Origin: a virus
Taxonomy: Duplodnaviria > Caudoviricetes
Direction: 5' to 3' (one strand)
Virus record (IMG/VR): IMGVR_UViG_3300025607_000005
Coordinates: 1 to 29,295 of that record
Length of the DNA stretch: 29,295 bases
Below the pieces are notes generated by a model. It had not been told where the DNA came from. It worked only from the letters and a program-made list of their open reading frames with translations, and did not search any database. The translations under genes and the position numbers were made by a program. Each line of letters starts with the position of its first letter. Within the stretch, counting starts at the first letter, position 1. This document shows positions 17,259-25,883 of this stretch, in pieces.

Positions 17259-17843
17259 ATGAAACTTACTTTACTCTCAAAAATCCTAAAGCTCACAGTT
17301 TTTAAAAAAGCACTTGCATATAAAGGTGGCAGTTTGCTAGCTGTAGGTGTTGCAGGTTCAATTACACTAACCTCTGTTTTAAAAGAAGTCTTTCAAGGCG
17401 TGTTAATGCGTGATATCTGGGTGCTTATATTACTCATGTTTTCAGCATTAGGATTGTATTTACTTTTCTGGATTACCGATTTTATAACTGGTCTTAGAGC
17501 TGCAAGATATTTACATTTTGTAAAAACCAACCAAACCTCTGGATGGATGACAAGTGATAAGCTGTATAATTCCTTCGGTAAAATAGGAGGGGTGTTGCTT
17601 ATTAAGGCTTTGATGTTTTTTGTTTGTATAGCTACCCTGATTGCGAAAATTAACTTTGGTTTTTATTCAGCAATAGCAGCTACTGTTTTTTTAGATGTGT
17701 TGGCTGTAGGGTTTGAGTTTAAAAGTATCGGTGAAAATTTAGAGAAAAAAACAGGAAACAAACCCATGTTATTTAGGTTTTTCGATAGAGTGTTTGGTTT
17801 GTTAGAAGAGGGGTTTATTAAAAAATTAAAAACATATTTCTAA
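17259..17843 (+). CDS. Holin (phage holin 4-type)
   Basis: Several TMs; DFITG and EFKSIGENL motifs. Confidence 0.8.
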   Translation: MKLTLLSKILKLTVFKKALAYKGGSLLAVGVAGSITLTSVLKEVFQGVLMRDIWVLILLMFSALGLYLLFWITDFITGLRAARYLHFVKTNQTSGWMTSDKLYNSFGKIGGVLLIKALMFFVCIATLIAKINFGFYSAIAATVFLDVLAVGFEFKSIGENLEKKTGNKPMLFRFFDRVFGLLEEGFIKKLKTYF

Positions 17844-18250
17844 TGAAAGCACTACTAAATAGATTAGTTCACGAAACAAAACAAACCCTTGGAGAATTAA
17901 ATTTTTACCAAGGTGTAAGCAAAGTGTTTTCTTGTAAAATATTGGAGTTGCCAGATAGAAAAAATCAAACTTCTATCAGCAGAATTCCTGCAGGAACGTA
18001 CACCTGTATTTTGCGTTGGTCACCAAAATACAAATGGCATTATCATGTTACGAATGTTCCGGGAAGAAGTTTAATATTGATTCATTTTGGAAATTTTTTC
18101 AAGGACACCAGAGGCTGTTTAATAGCAGGGGTTAATTTTCATGATATTAATCACGATGGATATAGAGATGTAACAAGCTCCAAAAAAACCATGAAGCGTA
18201 TGCTTGCCATTGCTCCAAAAACATTTGAATTAACAATAATCGATTTATAA
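17843..18250 (+). CDS. DUF5675-like protein, putative endolysin
   Basis: TLGEL, ILELP, IPAGTY, ILIHFGN..DTRGCL pattern; follows the holin. Confidence 0.75.
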   Translation: MKALLNRLVHETKQTLGELNFYQGVSKVFSCKILELPDRKNQTSISRIPAGTYTCILRWSPKYKWHYHVTNVPGRSLILIHFGNFFKDTRGCLIAGVNFHDINHDGYRDVTSSKKTMKRMLAIAPKTFELTIIDL

Positions 18251-18414
18251 TATGCAACTACCATCAACTCATGTCCTGTTGTTTTTAGATCAACAGGCAA
18301 AAGAATTAGAAGAGATCAAAATTAACTCATAAGTGAATTATGAAAAAAAGAGAAGAGGAGTATACTGGAGATGTAATCTCATGGGATATTATCGAATTTT
18401 AAAATCATTGCATT

Positions 18415-19053
18415 ATGACAATCAACGCTATTAAAAACTACACCATAGCAACATTAGTAATAGTGTTGTTTTTATCGGTTTATCAATGCACAAGCAATAA
18501 AAAACTATCTACCTCTCAGGCAATTGCTTTAATAGATACTACCAATCAGTATAAAAATGAAATAGGTACCATTACGGCCACAAAAAAAGTATTGCAGTTA
18601 GAAAAAAAGGATCTAAAAGAATTGGTGTATTCTAAAAATGATACCCTTAATACATTGCGTAAAGAATTTTCAAAGGTTAAGGCTATAGTGAAAATAAAAA
18701 CTGTTACCATTATTGACAGTATTCCCGTTCCTTTTGAGGTTCGTGTGCCTTGTGATTTTGAGCGTTCTGGCAAACACCTCGATAAATGGTTGCAGTTTGA
18801 TTATGCCGTAAATCAAAACGGATTTAATATTTCAGATTTTACCATGAAAAACAAACAAACCACTATTACAGGCTTTAAGCGTAAATGGTTTTTAGGCAAA
18901 CAAACCTATACTACGGATGTTACTAACACCAATCCTCATATAAAAATCACCGAAGTACAAACTATTGAAGTAGTAGTTCCAAAACGTTTTTATGATACCA
19001 GACTCTTTAATATTGGTGTCGGGTTTTTGGGGGGAATCTTAATAATGAAATAA
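18415..19053 (+). CDS. Spanin-like lysis accessory protein
   Basis: N-terminal membrane anchor, coiled coil, C-terminal hydrophobic GVGFLGGILI; after the endolysin. Confidence 0.55.
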   Translation: MTINAIKNYTIATLVIVLFLSVYQCTSNKKLSTSQAIALIDTTNQYKNEIGTITATKKVLQLEKKDLKELVYSKNDTLNTLRKEFSKVKAIVKIKTVTIIDSIPVPFEVRVPCDFERSGKHLDKWLQFDYAVNQNGFNISDFTMKNKQTTITGFKRKWFLGKQTYTTDVTNTNPHIKITEVQTIEVVVPKRFYDTRLFNIGVGFLGGILIMK

Positions 19054-19811
19054 TGAAAAAATTAAAAATTAACATACCAAAAACGTGGAATGAGTTAACA
19101 CAATGGCAATTGGAAAATATTGCTTTGTTATTATTTACCCATGACGCTAACCGCCAGTTAGATGTAAAAATATTTAAAATTTTGTATCAGGTTCGTTGGT
19201 GGCAGTTTTTAAAACGTGCTAAAACACGATACATCCTGCGCCAAGTTCCAATTTCCGAACTGCGTACTCATTTCGAATTTCTGTATAAAAAAATTGAATG
19301 CACTAGTTTTCCAAAACAACTACAACTGAAAAAGAAAATATATGTTCCTCCTGCTGATCGTGAGGCAAATTTAACAGCGGATGAATTTGCAGCTGCGGAA
19401 TCATTACACCAAAGCTTTCGAAAAACTAAAAACATTGAATACCTACAGTATTTAGCAGCAGTATTGTATACTCCAGAAGTTGATACTGAAAATATGCGTC
19501 CTGAGTTTAGTAAACTAAAGCTTCCGTATTTGGTGACACCATTTAAAAAGGTAAAACTAAAAACATTACTGGCTATTGAGTTGGTGCATTTCGGTTGTAA
19601 AAACAATTTAGTAAAACGCTTCCCGAAAGTGTATCCGAAAACATCGGGTAAAAAAACGAAAGGTACCGGACATGGTTTCGGTAAAATTATACTGGAAATG
19701 GCAAAGGCCGATTTATCAAAGCATGAAGCTATAAAGCGTGTAAACATATTTACGTTTCATGAGCAATTTCAGCAGGATATTATTAACGCAAAGGAAAACA
19801 CTACAAAGTAA
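19053..19811 (+). CDS. Phage protein (tail assembly chaperone-like?)
   Basis: 252 aa; IP..WNELT..Q start; coupled to both neighbours. Confidence 0.5.
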   Translation: MKKLKINIPKTWNELTQWQLENIALLLFTHDANRQLDVKIFKILYQVRWWQFLKRAKTRYILRQVPISELRTHFEFLYKKIECTSFPKQLQLKKKIYVPPADREANLTADEFAAAESLHQSFRKTKNIEYLQYLAAVLYTPEVDTENMRPEFSKLKLPYLVTPFKKVKLKTLLAIELVHFGCKNNLVKRFPKVYPKTSGKKTKGTGHGFGKIILEMAKADLSKHEAIKRVNIFTFHEQFQQDIINAKENTTK

Positions 19812-20317
19812 TGGCTAGAGAAACCACACACAGTAAAATTGTGATCTTTCATAAAAACATATCACTAGCAAATAAAGTGCTACAAGGTTTTTATCGTTTT
19901 AATTGGAATGAGATAAACGGTAAGTTTCGTTCGGGGGTTTCAGCTCCTGCATTGTTGTTAGAAAGTCATTCCGCAGCATTAGATGAAAACGCTAATAAAA
20001 CAACTACGTTTAACGGTAAGGCAATTTCGTTTTTACTGATTGACTTTGCAGGTAAGCCGGGCAATTTTGACGAACAGGAGCAGGTATTGGATGACTTGGA
20101 AAATACGGCTCTGGATATTTGTGCCTATTTAAAAAAAGAAAGTAAAAACCGCGACTCCTGGTTATATGGTAAATTGGAAATAGCTTCGGTTACTTATGAA
20201 AAAGTAGGACCTATATTCGGTAATATGTATGGTTGGAATATACTCTACACCTTAAAAAACCACGAGCCAATGTGTTATAAGGAAGATAAATGGGATTGGA
20301 CAGCAGTAAACCCTTGA
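19811..20317 (+). CDS. Tail completion/terminator-like protein
   Basis: 168 aa; PALLLE strand and position in the tail region. Confidence 0.45.
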   Translation: MARETTHSKIVIFHKNISLANKVLQGFYRFNWNEINGKFRSGVSAPALLLESHSAALDENANKTTTFNGKAISFLLIDFAGKPGNFDEQEQVLDDLENTALDICAYLKKESKNRDSWLYGKLEIASVTYEKVGPIFGNMYGWNILYTLKNHEPMCYKEDKWDWTAVNP

Positions 20318-20348
20318 TTGGATGCTTGAAACTCGAAAATTCTAATTT

Positions 20349-20378
20349 AAAAACCACTCCTAATCGAGTGGTTTTTTT
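20349..20378 (+). terminator. Intrinsic terminator
   Basis: AAAAACCACTC-ctaatc-GAGTGGTTTTTTT. Confidence 0.85.
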
Positions 20379-20405
20379 GTAGATAAAAATATTTATGTAT
20401 CTTTG
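20376..20405 (+). promoter_or_regulatory. Bacteroidota -33/-7 promoter of RNA-switch cassette 2
   Basis: TTTG (20376-20379), 18 nt spacer, TATCTTTG (20398-20405). Confidence 0.75.
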
Positions 20406-20408
20406 AAG

Positions 20409-20569
20409 TGCGAACCGAATACAACATTATGATTTTCAAAAACATTTTTATTAATAATAAAGCCTATGAGAGAGGCGGTGTAAGTCCGTTACTCACTTCG
20501 TTATCGTTGTTGGTTCGCAGCACTCATAGGTCTTTTATAAAATCTCAATATTATGCGAACCAACAACGA
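20409..20569 (+). ncRNA. Structured leader / C4- or CI-like antisense RNA element, copy 2
   Basis: Outer stem CCTATGAG (20463-20470)/CTCATAGG (20523-20530); same inner hairpin as copy 1; box 20504-20519 is the exact reverse complement of 20554-20569; its 3' 8 nt also pair with 20409-20416. Confidence 0.75.
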
Positions 20570-20819
20570 GACAACAAAAGAAACAACAGCAGTACTGGAA
20601 AACTTAGACAGTACAATTTTCCTAAATCATGATGTGCAAGTGGCTATCGATGATTTAGATGACATGTTTATATCATGTATGACAAGTGAACAATACGAAA
20701 GTGATTTTTTACGGCAAAGTACTATGGAAACACACATAACGGTAAAACGTTTACTACAATGTGTTAGAGATAAAAAAGCCCCTGAGTATGTAACGGTATT
20801 AGAAATGAGAATAAAATAA
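20553..20819 (+). CDS. Small helical protein, paralog C (RNA-controlled)
   Basis: 88 aa; similar to 8582..8839 along its whole length (VLE.LD.TIF, DDLD.MF, RQS, QCVRDKK.P, VLE.RI). Confidence 0.8.
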   Translation: MRTNNETTKETTAVLENLDSTIFLNHDVQVAIDDLDDMFISCMTSEQYESDFLRQSTMETHITVKRLLQCVRDKKAPEYVTVLEMRIK

Positions 20820-20852
20820 TAAATCAAAAAATAAAGGAGCTTAGTTTAGTAA

Positions 20853-20918
20853 GTCCCACAAGTTCCGAAAACAGAACCTTCGGAACGTACTGTTTCCGCA
20901 TATGTGGAACTGTGGAAC
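20853..20918. repeat. Second cluster of TGTGG(G/A)AC-type octamers
   Basis: GTCCCACA 20853; GTTCCGAA 20862 and TTCGGAAC 20879 (inverted pair); TTTCCGCA 20893; TGTGGAAC 20903 and 20911. Confidence 0.7.
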
Positions 20919-20951
20919 TTTACACTGCTAAATATCTTACTTTCAAAATAT

Positions 20952-20982
20952 AAAACCTCACTGGATCCAGTGAGGTTTTTTT
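20952..20982 (+). terminator. Intrinsic terminator
   Basis: Perfect palindrome AAAACCTCACTGGATCCAGTGAGGTTTT followed by more T. Confidence 0.85.
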
Positions 20983-20983
20983 G

Positions 20984-21019
20984 TGTCCTATTTTTTGAGT
21001 GTCCCCTCGGTTACTTTAG
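20984..21019 (+). promoter_or_regulatory. Putative late promoter, copy 5 (TGTCCTATTTT-N17-TACTTTAG)
   Basis: Five-copy motif; heads the tape-measure operon. Confidence 0.75.
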
Positions 21020-21036
21020 CTATAAATACAAGTTAA

Positions 21037-21420
21037 ATGTCCGGTAATATCGATTTGTTAAGTAAAGAAAAAGCAGTAGCACAAAAAGCTACTAAAGCAT
21101 TGCGTTCCAACCTTCGTAGTGCTATAAGCCAAACAACAAACAAACGAACTGGCTTAGCTTCCAAAGCAGGTTCCAGAGCAGTATTTAAATTCGGGCGTTT
21201 GCAACGAGTAACCTTAAAAGCTCCTCATTATATATTCAAACAACATTATGGTTTTGAAGGCAAAAAATCCAACGGGGTAAACATGCGTTTGAAAGCAACT
21301 GATGTATTGAATAAAGCATTGGCCTCTAGCAATGTGTTGGACACTTTAGCCGATGGTATTGCCGATATCAGATCAGAACAAGTTTTAGCAACTATCAACT
21401 TCAGTAAAAATGGCAAGTAA
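21037..21420 (+). CDS. Basic tail/neck component (HK97 gp10-like?)
   Basis: 127 aa; RTG and Y.F..HYG pattern; overlaps the tape measure start. Confidence 0.5.
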   Translation: MSGNIDLLSKEKAVAQKATKALRSNLRSAISQTTNKRTGLASKAGSRAVFKFGRLQRVTLKAPHYIFKQHYGFEGKKSNGVNMRLKATDVLNKALASSNVLDTLADGIADIRSEQVLATINFSKNGK

Positions 21421-24400
21421 AAAAGTAACCAGGGAACTCTCCATTTTTGTTAATGACCGTGAGGTAGTTAATTCATTGGGTGGTATTAGTAGAGAAATTG
21501 GAAAGGTTAGCGGTCAAATGCGTAACCTAAACAAAAACTCTGAAAGCTATGATCAAGATTTAAAACAATTAAAAAACACACTTGGTGGTTTAAAAGATAA
21601 ACAGTCAGAATTCAAAGAGGAGATATATGATACTAATCAAGCTGCGGATATAGCAAAGGATAAGTTGTCAAATATTTTTGTAGGCTTACGCTCTGGAAAC
21701 TTAGCGATGGTTAAGGATGGGTTGAGTGGTATTCGTGGTTCAATTGTTAGTGTTACTAAAGCAGGTTTAGCGTTTATTGCAACTCCAATTGGTGCTGCAA
21801 TTGCTGTGCTTACTACTGCTTTTGTCGCAGGTAAAGCAATTTTTGAATATAATAGTGGTCTTCGTGAAATGAATGAAGAGTTACGTGCGTTAGGTGTTTC
21901 TTCTGAAGAAATGTCTAAAGTGCGTTCAGAAGTTCATGCAACTGCAGAAACTTTTGATAAAGAGTTTTCAGAAATTGCTAAAAAAGCAAAGGGATTATCT
22001 GAAACTTACGGTATATCAATGACCGAAGCGAACGACGTTATAGCACAAGGATTAGCGGATGGTGGTGCTAAAAATGAGGAGTTTTTGGATTCTTTAGGAG
22101 AATATGATGAGTTCTTTTCTAAAATGGGGTACTCTGCAAAGGAAACTGCAGACATAATTAATCAAGGATATGAATTAGGAATATACACCGATAAATTACC
22201 AGATGCGCTTAAAGAAGCGGACTTAGCCTTACGAGAGCAATCAAAATCCTCTCGTGATGCACTGGTTAATGCTTTTGGAGCTTCGTTTACAGATGATATT
22301 TTAAAACGTGTAAATTCAGGAGCAATTACTACTAAAAAAGCTTTAGAGGAAATTGCAGAAAAATCAAAAACAGCAAATCTATCTCAACAACAGCAAGCGC
22401 AATTAACGGCTGATGTTTTTAAAGGAGCAGGTGAGGATGCAGGTGGTGCGTTGAAAATATTAACGGCCGTTGGTAAAGCAGCTACTCGGGAGTTAGATGC
22501 AACGGCAAAGGCACAATTAAAACTTACTGAAGCAAACGAACGCTTAAACAAAGCACAAGCAAAATTATTTGAGGTTGAAGGGTTTGGTGATATGTGGACT
22601 CAAATTCAAACCGTTGCTGTAGAAGCTTTTTCTTCTATGTTAGAATACATGGCTGATGTTAAAAAAGATATTCAGCCACTTATTGATTTAGTTGCTGTTG
22701 TATTTGTAGCAGCATGGCATCATTTGAAGTTTGTGTTTACAAATGTTTTTGATATCATATCAGGATTAGTTAAAGCAATGATAGCTCCATGGAAAGGTTT
22801 TGCAAAAGCTTTTAAGAAACTAATGAAAGGTGATGTTCAAGGTGCATTTGAGTCCTTTGTTGAAGGAATTAAAAATGCTTACAAACACATCGGTAATATC
22901 TTTATTGATTTGTACAATAACGCAGTCGATTTTGTTAAAAACATGTTAGATGTTGCGTCTCCAGTATTAGATGCATTAGGTTTTAAAGTTGACGCCTTAA
23001 AGAAAAGTTTAGATGGTATTAAAAGCAAGAAATTTGAAATTTCTGGTACCATAAAAACTGATAACGAAACAACTAATACCACTACTCCAGATAAGGATCC
23101 AAATAAACCTACTCCAACAGGTTTAAGTCAAGCAGAAAAAGATGCAGCAGCTGCTCGTAAGAAATTACGCGAAAAGGAAGTGGAGGAGGCAAAGGCTGCT
23201 GCACTAGCTGTAGCAAAAGCAAAACAGGAATTAGCGCGTCAGCAATTAGAAAGTTATATAGCCGACAATCAAACGAGAGTTGAAAAAGGACAGGAATTAA
23301 CGCAGCAATTGCTTAATGAGGAAACGGTGAGGCTTTCTTCTATTAGGGATAAGAAAATTGCTTTTAATAATGAGGAGAAGGAAAGAGCTTTAATTGATGC
23401 TGAAGAAAAAGCATTGTCTGATGAAGAAGCTAGTTTATTAAAAGAAGCCGTTTTATTAGATTATAAAACCCGTGAGCAGGAAATTGAATTAGAATTTCAG
23501 CGTACGACTGACGAATTAAAAAAGGAGTACGAGGAAGAGCAGCGCGTTTTAAAAGAGGAAGAAGACGCTTTAAAAGAGGCTGATTTACTATTAAAACAGG
23601 AGCAGCAGGCTTTAGACCAGGATCTTGCAATTGCAGAAGAAACAAATAAATTTAAAGCAGATGGGTTACGCCAAAACAAGGCGTATAAATCGGAGCTACT
23701 AGGATATAAAAAGTTACTTACTGATAAAAAGATAACGCAGAATGAATATGATCGTTTCGTTGCAGTAGCTACGAAAAAGAACGATGAACTGAAAGCGCAG
23801 TCTCAAATGCAACAAACACAATCCACTTTAAGTGGTTTGAGTCAAGTAGCAACTGCTTTAGGTGATGCTTTTGGTCAGTCTAAGGAAATGGCAATTGTGC
23901 AAGCTAACATTAGTGGGGCTCAATCAATATTGTCTATTTGGGCAGGTCAAATATCAGGAAATCCCGTAATAGATACAGCTATAAAGGTAGCTTTAACTGC
24001 TGCGACTGCAGTTAGTACAGGTAAAAAAATTAACGAAATTAGAAAGCAGAAAAAACCTAAACAACCTAAGTTTTTTAAAGGAGGGTTTACTGGTTCCGCT
24101 TCTGCTTTGGGTACTGATGAATATGGTCCCGTAACTGGAGTAGTTCACAAAAATGAATATGTCATTCCTGAGGTAATGACGCAGGATCCTGCGTATGCGG
24201 ATACTATTGGTTGGTTGGAAGCAAACCGACAACAAACAGTAAAAGGTTTTGTTGATGGTGGTGCAACTACTCCTGGTGCAATTCCATCTACGGGAACAAC
24301 TACTCCTTCGGATGATAGTACTGCAATGCTCATGGCCATAAATACATTAAACGGAATTTTGGGTAAAGGTATAACCGCCAAACTATTATTAGGTTACCCC

Positions 24401-24472
24401 GAAATTACAGCTATTAATGAAATGAATGACGAAATAAACGAATCAGCAACAAACGGAAAAATTAACCAATGA
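21410..24472 (+). CDS. Tail tape measure protein
   Basis: 1020 aa, Ala-rich and helical; C-terminal F..GGFTG...GVVHKNEYVIP motif. Confidence 0.92.
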   Translation: MASKKVTRELSIFVNDREVVNSLGGISREIGKVSGQMRNLNKNSESYDQDLKQLKNTLGGLKDKQSEFKEEIYDTNQAADIAKDKLSNIFVGLRSGNLAMVKDGLSGIRGSIVSVTKAGLAFIATPIGAAIAVLTTAFVAGKAIFEYNSGLREMNEELRALGVSSEEMSKVRSEVHATAETFDKEFSEIAKKAKGLSETYGISMTEANDVIAQGLADGGAKNEEFLDSLGEYDEFFSKMGYSAKETADIINQGYELGIYTDKLPDALKEADLALREQSKSSRDALVNAFGASFTDDILKRVNSGAITTKKALEEIAEKSKTANLSQQQQAQLTADVFKGAGEDAGGALKILTAVGKAATRELDATAKAQLKLTEANERLNKAQAKLFEVEGFGDMWTQIQTVAVEAFSSMLEYMADVKKDIQPLIDLVAVVFVAAWHHLKFVFTNVFDIISGLVKAMIAPWKGFAKAFKKLMKGDVQGAFESFVEGIKNAYKHIGNIFIDLYNNAVDFVKNMLDVASPVLDALGFKVDALKKSLDGIKSKKFEISGTIKTDNETTNTTTPDKDPNKPTPTGLSQAEKDAAAARKKLREKEVEEAKAAALAVAKAKQELARQQLESYIADNQTRVEKGQELTQQLLNEETVRLSSIRDKKIAFNNEEKERALIDAEEKALSDEEASLLKEAVLLDYKTREQEIELEFQRTTDELKKEYEEEQRVLKEEEDALKEADLLLKQEQQALDQDLAIAEETNKFKADGLRQNKAYKSELLGYKKLLTDKKITQNEYDRFVAVATKKNDELKAQSQMQQTQSTLSGLSQVATALGDAFGQSKEMAIVQANISGAQSILSIWAGQISGNPVIDTAIKVALTAATAVSTGKKINEIRKQKKPKQPKFFKGGFTGSASALGTDEYGPVTGVVHKNEYVIPEVMTQDPAYADTIGWLEANRQQTVKGFVDGGATTPGAIPSTGTTTPSDDSTAMLMAINTLNGILGKGITAKLLLGYPEITAINEMNDEINESATNGKINQ

Positions 24473-25872
24473 TTGAAGTATTAAACCATCCAGTAGAAAA
24501 TAGTTGTTTGTTAGACGGTAACATTACCAAAGTGTCTATTAAATCGGACAATGGTGCCGACCATTATTTCCGTGCTAAAATATATGTAAACGGAGTGCTG
24601 TTTGATGAGCAGGGTTGGAGCCGAGTTGATAATTTTACAGCACATAAGGATTTGTTGTACCTATACTACGCTTATTTTAAACCAGTATTTAATCCGTTAT
24701 TTCCTGATGGTTTACACCAACAAACACACTTAGTTAATAAAGTTCAAATTGATATTGAGGAGTTTGATTTAAATACGGGTAACACAACAAATCAGCTTAG
24801 TTTGCCTGTTTTTTTTATGTTGTACAATGTAAAATCAGAAGTGTTTACGGATGCTGATAAAATTGCTTTGTTAGGTGTTGGTGCTGCTGCTTTGCAAATA
24901 GATCCGAAAGGAAAAATTGTACTGCCTATTTATAGTAATGCTACAACGGAAGCACTTTCTGTTACTACCAAATTAAATGATGGTACCGTTTTAAATACGG
25001 AAACCACTGCTTCTTTTTCAGGTAAAAAAGTGTATTTATATTCGTTTGATTTAGGGAGTGCTAACATTGACTATAGTTATTTGTACCTAACGGTTAACAT
25101 TGTATTAGGAGCTGAAACGCTTGTAAAAACATTCAAGTTAACCCGTAATCCCGATCATGTTATAAAGGAAATTGTGTATCAAAATAACTTCGGGTTTTTT
25201 ATACCTGCTTATTTTGATGGGCAATTATCGGAGTCCAGTAGTTTTAAAACTAAAACATACGATCAGTATGACGGTACAAAGAAAATTTATCAAATAGATG
25301 AAAATATTACCTATACGGTTAATACAGGTTCTATTGAAAATACAGAAACATATTTAGCAAATGATGTGGCCAATTCCTTAGAAACGTATTTGCATGTAAA
25401 CAATGAGTTTGTTCCAATTAACACGAGCATTAAAAGGAATCTTGTGCAAAAAGATAGAACCCATGTGTATAATAACAGTTTAACTTTTTACAAAAAAGCA
25501 GGTATTCCGTTGTATAATAATTCGGGTACACCAGTAGTATTGAGTCCTACTATATATGCAACGGGGGGAATGGATGTAGCTTTTGATATTGTAAAGTCAA
25601 TATTTGAAGCTATTTATTCGGATTCCGATCCGTTGTATGCTATTGAATTTTTAACACAAACTGATAAAAACCTATTGGCGGTTAATACAGCTTCCGATAG
25701 TTTTACGGCAATTGTCGGTGTCCCGTATTTATGGAGCGATGTGGTTTCTTTTAGATATAAGAACTTACCTGCTGAATTTGGATCTCCATATACTTCAATA
25801 GATTTTAAGCTTACAAACGGAACTGTTGATGTGCTTACAGCAACATTGGTCATAAACATCACTAACCCATAA
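24469..25872 (+). CDS. Distal tail protein (probable)
   Basis: 467 aa beta-rich protein coupled to the tape measure gene. Confidence 0.6.
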   Translation: MIEVLNHPVENSCLLDGNITKVSIKSDNGADHYFRAKIYVNGVLFDEQGWSRVDNFTAHKDLLYLYYAYFKPVFNPLFPDGLHQQTHLVNKVQIDIEEFDLNTGNTTNQLSLPVFFMLYNVKSEVFTDADKIALLGVGAAALQIDPKGKIVLPIYSNATTEALSVTTKLNDGTVLNTETTASFSGKKVYLYSFDLGSANIDYSYLYLTVNIVLGAETLVKTFKLTRNPDHVIKEIVYQNNFGFFIPAYFDGQLSESSSFKTKTYDQYDGTKKIYQIDENITYTVNTGSIENTETYLANDVANSLETYLHVNNEFVPINTSIKRNLVQKDRTHVYNNSLTFYKKAGIPLYNNSGTPVVLSPTIYATGGMDVAFDIVKSIFEAIYSDSDPLYAIEFLTQTDKNLLAVNTASDSFTAIVGVPYLWSDVVSFRYKNLPAEFGSPYTSIDFKLTNGTVDVLTATLVINITNP

Positions 25873-25883
25873 TTGCATAAACA

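Noticed and set aside
19268-19747. 159-aa minus-strand ORF and the other short minus-strand ORFs in the track
   Set aside because: Antisense shadows fully inside well-supported plus-strand genes.
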